From NCBI GenBank assembly GCA_014190355.1, contig BJGH01000002.1, positions 1,992 to 65,991 on the forward strand: DNA of 64,000 bases. Direction: 5' to 3'. Under the pieces are notes generated by a model that saw nothing but the letters and a program-made list of their open reading frames with translations, was not told the origin of the DNA and made no database searches. Made by a program: the position numbers and the translations under genes. Source of the DNA: Alphaproteobacteria bacterium. Lineage in GTDB: Bacteria; Pseudomonadota; Alphaproteobacteria; Rickettsiales; UBA1997. Below are positions 57,988 to 64,000 of the stretch, in pieces; position 1 is the stretch's first letter, and each line of letters opens with the position of its first letter.

Positions 57988-58881
57988 TTAAACAGTATTT
58001 GCCCCAGAAATAATGTCTATCAATTCTTTGGTAATATTGGCTTGACGAGTTCTATTGTAAACTAATGTTAGATTTTTAATCATTTTGCCAGCATTGTTGG
58101 TTGCTGACTCCATTGCTGCCATTCTTGCACCATGCTCAGAAGCATTATTCTCTAGAAGAAGATTATAAAGCTGAACTGTGATATTCTTTATTAATAATTC
58201 TTCTAAAATTTCTTCTTGTGATGGCTCATAGACAATCGGAGATTCTTGCTTTTCTTGATTGTATTCATAAGAAATCTGAGCAGGAATTAATTGTTTAGAA
58301 ATTTGTTCTTGAGAAATTGCTGATTTGAATTTACTAAAAATTACTTCGCAAACATCAAACTGATTTTGGTTATATAAATCAATCAATTTGTTGGTAATAT
58401 GCTGAGCATTTTCAACAGTGATATTGCTTTTGAAAATACCAAATTCACGCTGAATGATTTTATCGCTAAAAGCTGTTTTGAGTTGCTCATAGGCTTTTTT
58501 ACCAACGCAATAAATTTTAACTAAATGACCTTGTGAAATAATTTGCGTAATACGGTTTTTAGTGTATTTAACTGTTGAGCTATTTAGACCACCACACAAT
58601 CCGCGATCAGAAGATACAACCAATAACAAATGAGTTTTGCTGTGATCAATCGCTTTGCCAGTTAGAAGGGGAAATTTTTCATCAAAATTGTTGCGATTAG
58701 CGATGTTTCCAGCAAGATCAACTAACATTTCACGAATTTTATTGGCATAAGGTCGAGAATGTTCCACAGCATTCTTAGCTTTCTTAAGGCGAGATGCTGC
58801 AACCATTTTCATAGCCTTGGTCATTTTTTGCGTTGAGCGAACAGACTTAATTCTGGTTTTTAGTGTTTTTAAATTAGCCAT
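57988..58881 (-). CDS. atpG: F1 ATP synthase gamma subunit
   Basis: MANLKTLKTRIKSVRSTQKMTKAMKMVAASRL...ITKELIDIISGA. Confidence 0.95.
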   Translation of the reverse strand: MANLKTLKTRIKSVRSTQKMTKAMKMVAASRLKKAKNAVEHSRPYANKIREMLVDLAGNIANRNNFDEKFPLLTGKAIDHSKTHLLLVVSSDRGLCGGLNSSTVKYTKNRITQIISQGHLVKIYCVGKKAYEQLKTAFSDKIIQREFGIFKSNITVENAQHITNKLIDLYNQNQFDVCEVIFSKFKSAISQEQISKQLIPAQISYEYNQEKQESPIVYEPSQEEILEELLIKNITVQLYNLLLENNASEHGARMAAMESATNNAGKMIKNLTLVYNRTRQANITKELIDIISGANTV

Positions 58882-58919
58882 AGTAAATTTTTTTAAGAGC
58901 TATTATTTTTTATTAGACC

Positions 58920-60515
58920 TTAATTTTTTTTATGCTCAAGACGATCGGACAGACCGCTATGATCAATATCAGTTGCAGGAGCATGGTTAATAAATACTTG
59001 TAAAAAATCATCAATTGCAGATTTAAGCTTAGCTTCATTTTCTTCAGTAATTTTATTTTCTTTTTTGATAGATTGCAATATTTCAGGGTTAGAAGTTTTG
59101 AGCTTACGAATAAATTCCTTTTCAAATTTAGTAACCTCTTTAACGGCAATTTTATCAAGATAACCCTTAACTCCGCAATATATTGCAACAACCTGCTCTT
59201 CAACAACAATTGGCTTATATTGTTCCTGCTTAAGAAGTTCAGTAAGTTTACGACCTTTATCCAAAAGTTTCTGAGTTGCAACATCAAGATCTGAACCGAA
59301 TTGAGCGAATGCTTCAAGTTCACGAAATTGAGCGAGGTCAAGCTTGATACTTCCGGCCACTTGTTTCATAGCCTTAGTTTGTGCTGCTGATCCAACCCTT
59401 GATACTGAAAGACCAACGTTTACAGCAGGTTTAATACCTTTGTAAAATAACTCTGTTTCTAAGAATATTTGACCATCGGTAATTGAAATTACGTTAGTTG
59501 GAATATATGCAGATACGTCTCCCGCCTGAGTTTCAATGATTGGCAAGGCAGTTAATGATCCACCACCCATGGCATCAGACATTTTAGCAGCACGTTCCAA
59601 TAAGCGCGAGTGAATATAAAAAACATCTCCAGGATAAGCTTCGCGTCCCGGTGGACGACGTAGCAATAATGACATTTCACGATAAGCAACTGCGTGTTTA
59701 CTTAAATCATCATAGGCAACTAAAGCATGCATACCATTATCACGAAAATATTCGCCCATGGTGCATCCGGTATAAGGTGCAAAAAATTGTAACGCCGAAG
59801 CTTCTGAAGCTGAAGCGCAAACTACTATTGAATATTGCATAGCACCTGCATCTTCAAGAGTTTTAACAATCTGAGCAACAGTTGATCTTTTTTGTCCAAT
59901 TGCGACATAGATACAATAAAGTTTTTTCTTGTCATCATTTTCTTGATGAGCTTTAGCTTGATTGATGAAGGTATCGATAACAATTGCAGTTTTACCTGTT
60001 TGACGATCACCAATAATTAATTCTCTTTGACCTCTTCCGATTGGTATTAAGCTATCAATTGCTTTTATACCAGTTTGCATAGGTTCAGAAACTGATTGAC
60101 GAGCAATAATTCCTGGAGCTTTTATTTCAACTCTGCGATATTCAACATCTTTAAGCGCCCCTTTACCATCTATGGGATTACCAAGGGCATCGACAACTCT
60201 TCCAAGCAAGGCTTTACCAACAGGAACCTCAACGATTTTGCCTGTTCTTTTAACATTAGAACCTTCTTTAATTTTTTGGCTATCGCCAAAGATTACAATC
60301 CCAACACTATCTGTTTCGAGGTTTAAGGCCATTCCTTTAACTCCAGATTCAAATTCAACAAGCTCTCCAGCTTGAACTTTATCTAGACCATAAACTTTGG
60401 CAATACCATCACCAACCTTGATAACTTCACCTACTCCCTCGAACTCTGCAGAAGTGTGGAAATTTTCAATTGTTCTCTTTAGTATATTGGAAAATTCTTC
60501 GATTTTAAGTTCCAT
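58920..60515 (-). CDS. atpA: F1 ATP synthase alpha subunit
   Basis: [10 protein letters not shown] Walker [21 protein letters not shown]. About 20 aa of extra C-terminal tail. Confidence 0.97.
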   Translation of the reverse strand: MELKIEEFSNILKRTIENFHTSAEFEGVGEVIKVGDGIAKVYGLDKVQAGELVEFESGVKGMALNLETDSVGIVIFGDSQKIKEGSNVKRTGKIVEVPVGKALLGRVVDALGNPIDGKGALKDVEYRRVEIKAPGIIARQSVSEPMQTGIKAIDSLIPIGRGQRELIIGDRQTGKTAIVIDTFINQAKAHQENDDKKKLYCIYVAIGQKRSTVAQIVKTLEDAGAMQYSIVVCASASEASALQFFAPYTGCTMGEYFRDNGMHALVAYDDLSKHAVAYREMSLLLRRPPGREAYPGDVFYIHSRLLERAAKMSDAMGGGSLTALPIIETQAGDVSAYIPTNVISITDGQIFLETELFYKGIKPAVNVGLSVSRVGSAAQTKAMKQVAGSIKLDLAQFRELEAFAQFGSDLDVATQKLLDKGRKLTELLKQEQYKPIVVEEQVVAIYCGVKGYLDKIAVKEVTKFEKEFIRKLKTSNPEILQSIKKENKITEENEAKLKSAIDDFLQVFINHAPATDIDHSGLSDRLEHKKN

Positions 60516-60676
60516 AATTTTTAATGTTTTTTAATTAAAATTGTTTAAAGTTTTATAAAATATAATTTACTAAAAAAAATAAAAGGCAAGCGTAAAGTCT
60601 GTTAACAGCCAAAAAATCATGAGATTATTTTAAAATATTGCTAAACTTTAACGATCTAATAATCGTTTAATACCAA

Positions 60677-61225
60677 TTAATTTATAACCCCTAGACACTC
60701 TTTCTTAATTAGATCGAGTTGGTTTTTAAGACTTCCATCAACCATTTGCGAGCCTATTTTAATCTGCATACCGCCTAGAATTTTTTCTTTTATTAAAATT
60801 CGCGTTGCAATTTTTTTGTCTGGGTATTTCTTTCCAATTACCATCTTAACTTGTTCAACTTGGTCTTTTTTCGGTTCGCTTGCAAAAATTAACTCAACTT
60901 CAAGAATATTTTGATATTCTCGATGCATTCTGCAAAATTCTTCAAAAATTTCTGGGAACAAATTTAAACGACGATTACGAACGATAGAAGCAAAAAAATT
61001 AGTTGTTAAAGAACCCAGTTTAAACTTTTTTGCAACCTCCTTAATAATTTTATCCAGATCATTTTTTGAAATAACTGGGTTTTTCAATTCATGCGAGAAG
61101 CTGCTGCTAAAGTTCTGCTTGAATGCGTTAAGCTCTTCATAAACCTCATTAAGATTATTATTTTTTCTTGCCACTAAAAATATTGATTTAGCGTATTTTT
61201 TGGCAACAACTGAAATTCTGGGCAT
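60677..61225 (-). CDS. atpH: F1 ATP synthase delta (OSCP) subunit
   Basis: 182 aa with VAKKYAKSIF... and the C-terminal ILGGMQIKIGSQMVDGSLKNQL, positioned upstream of atpA. Confidence 0.85.
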   Translation of the reverse strand: MPRISVVAKKYAKSIFLVARKNNNLNEVYEELNAFKQNFSSSFSHELKNPVISKNDLDKIIKEVAKKFKLGSLTTNFFASIVRNRRLNLFPEIFEEFCRMHREYQNILEVELIFASEPKKDQVEQVKMVIGKKYPDKKIATRILIKEKILGGMQIKIGSQMVDGSLKNQLDLIKKECLGVIN

Positions 61226-62249
61226 TTGAAGAATTGTTTAAAGTTAATGGAAAAATTTACTAAATGCAGAATCTATTGTTAAATGTAAAGGATTAATCCT
61301 TAAGATTTGATAATAGATTTTGGATTTAGTTAGTTATTGATTTATTAATAAAATTTAAATTCAATTTATTAACTTTAATCATTATGATATGATGATTTTA
61401 AATTTTCTAAAAATAATTTGCAAGTAGCTATCAAGAAAAAATTTTCATTTACTGTCCGTTGCTTTGAAGCCCTTTTATTGTTTTTTAATTTTTTTAAGAT
61501 AACCAATTTGAAAAACTGATAATTTTTGTTTAAAAATATTTAAAATTTAAATTTTTTTATTTCTTACAAACGCCTATCTTTTTTCTTTTTGGAGGAACTT
61601 AAATTTTATATTTTTTTTAACTTACTTGAAGTTTCATAAATAAATGCCCTTATTACAATTTATTTTAATTAATTTATATAAGTTAAATATCCGCAGTTCT
61701 TGTTTGTTTTTGTTTAAAGATATTTATTTTAATAACAAACTTATTTTTAAAGATAAACTGATATTATAGCGTGTTAATGAATTTTTATTTTACCAATATT
61801 TTTTTACCTTATTTCATCAAGATAAATCATTATTAACATTGCAACCACAAAACAAACAATGCAGAATTTTAATATTTTAAAACTATTTATTTCTTGAGAT
61901 ATTGTTAATTTTCTGGATATTTTCTAAGTTATATTCTTTATAACTAATTCAAAAATATCACATAATCAGTTTTCAAGTATTTTTTTCTTAGCTTAAAATC
62001 CCTTCGCTATAGCATTTTGGACTTTGTAACAAAAATATTTTTTACTCTTGATGGAACTAATTTTATTTCTCTAATAACGCTAAATTTAAAAATATATTTC
62101 TTGATAAAAAACCTTTTATATTTCCTTAATTAAATTTGGAGATTAACTAATATTAAATAGCCTAAATTTAAAAAATGAAATTGACTATCAAAATAATGAT
62201 AATAAAATTCATAAATAATTATTTAATTTTTTAAATGCCTTAAGTTATT

Positions 62250-62909
62250 ATGAATCAAAATCAAAGTCGATTTAGCAATCAATTGCAATATTTTAACGAT
62301 AACAAAGTAAATATTTTACAAAATAATTTTCAGCTATTTGAACTAGCTGCAAATAATTCTTTAGTTAAGCTAGCTGCTGCTATGGCTTTAATTCTTCACC
62401 TTACCTTATTTTTAAGTTTTTTTACAACATCAACTCCAAAATTGCTTAAACAAACTATTGCCGTTTCGCTAGTCGCAAAATCACATATTGCCCAAAATTC
62501 CTCAACACAAAATGTTTTTAAAAAATCCCTTACCGATAGTTCTCAAGCTCATGATATTGCTTTGAAAAATACCCAAAAAATCAGCACTGGCAATGTCTCG
62601 CAAAATTCATTAAATCAAAATTCTTTTACCACCAATGCAATTTTTGATGCTGAAGAGTTAAACAACCCAAGTCCAATATATCCTGAACTTGCAAGGTCAA
62701 GAGGTATCGAAGGAAAAGTAACTTTAAAAGTAATAGTTAATGAAAAAGGATTGGTTGATGATATTGCTATTTTTAATTCAAGTGGTTCGTCTATGCTTGA
62801 TTTGTCAGCTTTAGAAACTGTTAAAAATTGGCATTTTATTCCTGCAAAATCTAATAACAAATCCATTAGATCTCAAATAATGGTTCCAATTGTTTTTAAG
62901 ATTATATAA
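62250..62909 (+). CDS. tonB: TonB-family energy transducer
   Basis: One N-terminal TM and the C-terminal TonB domain PIYPELARSRGIEGKVTLKVIVNEKGLVDDIAIFNSSGSSMLDLSALETVKNWHFIPA. No Pro-rich spacer is obvious. Confidence 0.75.
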   Translation: MNQNQSRFSNQLQYFNDNKVNILQNNFQLFELAANNSLVKLAAAMALILHLTLFLSFFTTSTPKLLKQTIAVSLVAKSHIAQNSSTQNVFKKSLTDSSQAHDIALKNTQKISTGNVSQNSLNQNSFTTNAIFDAEELNNPSPIYPELARSRGIEGKVTLKVIVNEKGLVDDIAIFNSSGSSMLDLSALETVKNWHFIPAKSNNKSIRSQIMVPIVFKII

Positions 62910-62935
62910 GTCATTTCTAGTTAAATTTATTTTTT

Positions 62936-63607
62936 ATGAGTTTTGTTAATGTTTTTTTCTCAGGTGATTGGGTATTAAGTGCAGTGTTTTTAATACTCTT
63001 GATTATGTCGATCCTAAGCTGGTATGTAATTTTTTACAAAGGCTTAAAGCTTAAATGGCAATATCAATCTTACCAAATTTTTGCTAAGCAATATCATGAA
63101 GATAAAGAATGGGCTAAAAAAATGTTCATTAATAATTTTGCAGAATTTGAAAATATCAAAGCTAAAAGTGCCGTTGAATTTCTTTTGCTTGAGGCAAAAA
63201 ATATTCAAAAAACTTTATTGAATTATTCTTCGATTGAAGTTCGTAAAGAAATTCTCACAATGCATTTGATCCAAAATTTAGACCAGATTAGATTTTGGCT
63301 TGATCGAGGTTTAACAATACTAGCTTCAATTGGTTCATGCGCTCCATTTGTTGGATTATTTGGAACGGTATGGGGAATTTATCATGCTTTGGGAAATATA
63401 GCTACTCAAGGATCTAGTTCGTTAAATGTTATATCAGCTCCTATTTCTGAAGCATTAGTTGCAACCGCATTTGGTTTATTTTGTGCAATTCCAGCAGTTT
63501 TAGCATATAACAGCTTTGTTCGCTTAAATCGATTGTTAGTTCAAAATCTTCGTCATCTTGCAGAACAATTAACCGTTTACGGTTCTGCCTCTAATTTAAA
63601 TAAATAG
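62936..63607 (+). CDS. exbB: MotA/TolQ/ExbB proton-channel protein
   Basis: LASIGSCAPFVGLFGTVWGIYHAL...ISEALVATAFGLFCAIPAVLAYN. Confidence 0.85.
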   Translation: MSFVNVFFSGDWVLSAVFLILLIMSILSWYVIFYKGLKLKWQYQSYQIFAKQYHEDKEWAKKMFINNFAEFENIKAKSAVEFLLLEAKNIQKTLLNYSSIEVRKEILTMHLIQNLDQIRFWLDRGLTILASIGSCAPFVGLFGTVWGIYHALGNIATQGSSSLNVISAPISEALVATAFGLFCAIPAVLAYNSFVRLNRLLVQNLRHLAEQLTVYGSASNLNK

Positions 63608-63609
63608 CC

Positions 63610-64000
63610 ATGAGAAATGATTTTCAGCGCGAAGAACTTCAAGCGCCTCTTGCAGAAATCAACATGACTCCACTGGTTGATATTATGTTAGTTTTGTTAG
63701 TAATTTTGTTGATTAGTGCACCAATTATTCACTCGGCAATAAATGTTAATCTTCCTAAAGAATCAGCTCAAAATATTGATAATAACAAAATAGTAAAAAT
63801 TACCATAAATGCTCAAGGTTATTTTTTTCTTGAAGATACCCAGATGTCAGTTTCTGAAATCAAAAAACATCTTTTGTCTATAGCCAAGGATAATCCTGAT
63901 CAAAAAATACATCTTTTTATCGATCAACAAAGTCGATATAGTTCTGTTAGTCAACTTTTGGCGATCTTGCAAAATCAAGGACTAAACAATATCGCTTTTA
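63610..64000 (+). CDS. exbD: ExbD/TolR biopolymer transport protein (3' end cut by the window edge)
   Basis: Hand translation: MRNDFQREELQAPLAEINMTPLVDIMLVLLVILLISAP...NVNLPKE..., open to position 64000. Absent from the track because it touches the edge. Confidence 0.85.
   Translation, partial: MRNDFQREELQAPLAEINMTPLVDIMLVLLVILLISAPIIHSAINVNLPKESAQNIDNNKIVKITINAQGYFFLEDTQMSVSEIKKHLLSIAKDNPDQKIHLFIDQQSRYSSVSQLLAILQNQGLNNIAF

Noticed and set aside
58913-59341. 142-aa ORF in an alternative frame of the same strand inside atpA
   Set aside because: It lies wholly within the strongly conserved atpA reading frame. Its product is low-complexity L/K/N-rich, as expected from an off-frame reading of AT-rich DNA, and it has no start context of its own.

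Overview
This is a visibly AT-rich, gene-dense window. By my hand tally, spacers longer than 100 bp add up to about 8 kb of 64 kb. It reads like the chromosome of a genome-reduced alphaproteobacterial intracellular bacterium of the Rickettsiales type; the species cannot be identified from the sequence alone. I call about 55 protein genes and 2 tRNAs (Thr-GGU, Arg-UCU). I saw no rRNA, CRISPR array, transposase, integrase or phage genes. Two scattered type IV secretion islands of the rvh kind sit among housekeeping genes: ampG-virB4-virB6 (4.2-10.8 kb, minus strand) and virB8-virB9 (21.9-23.4 kb). The housekeeping genes are queA, ubiE, hslV, tolB, yejB, nrdB, fusA, eno, selO, glnA, rpmE, yggS, manC, ccmB, a biotin-dependent acyl-CoA carboxylase alpha, ubiA, nadD, tatD, atpDC, mreD-mrdA, pyrB, bolA-grxD, truB-rpsO-pnp, dat, atpHAG and tonB-exbB-exbD. 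Points worth a second look: (i) an anomalous T4SS layout, with AmpG where VirB3 is expected and a single giant VirB6 carrying a 26-Cys ectodomain; (ii) ORFan membrane proteins with bilobed hydrophobic hairpins, plus an edge-truncated ORFan, as candidate effectors; (iii) an isolated 596-aa two-domain glycosyltransferase-like gene flanked by long AT-rich spacers; (iv) an ornithine decarboxylase + deoxyhypusine-synthase-like gene pair; (v) two cases of divergent genes whose start codons overlap on a CATG; (vi) an Arg/Asp repeat tail on PNPase; (vii) a split atp operon with an epsilon subunit lacking its C-terminal domain, and pervasive operon fragmentation. I found no single clear-cut novel multi-gene system. 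All functional calls rest on my own recognition of motifs and synteny, not on database searches.
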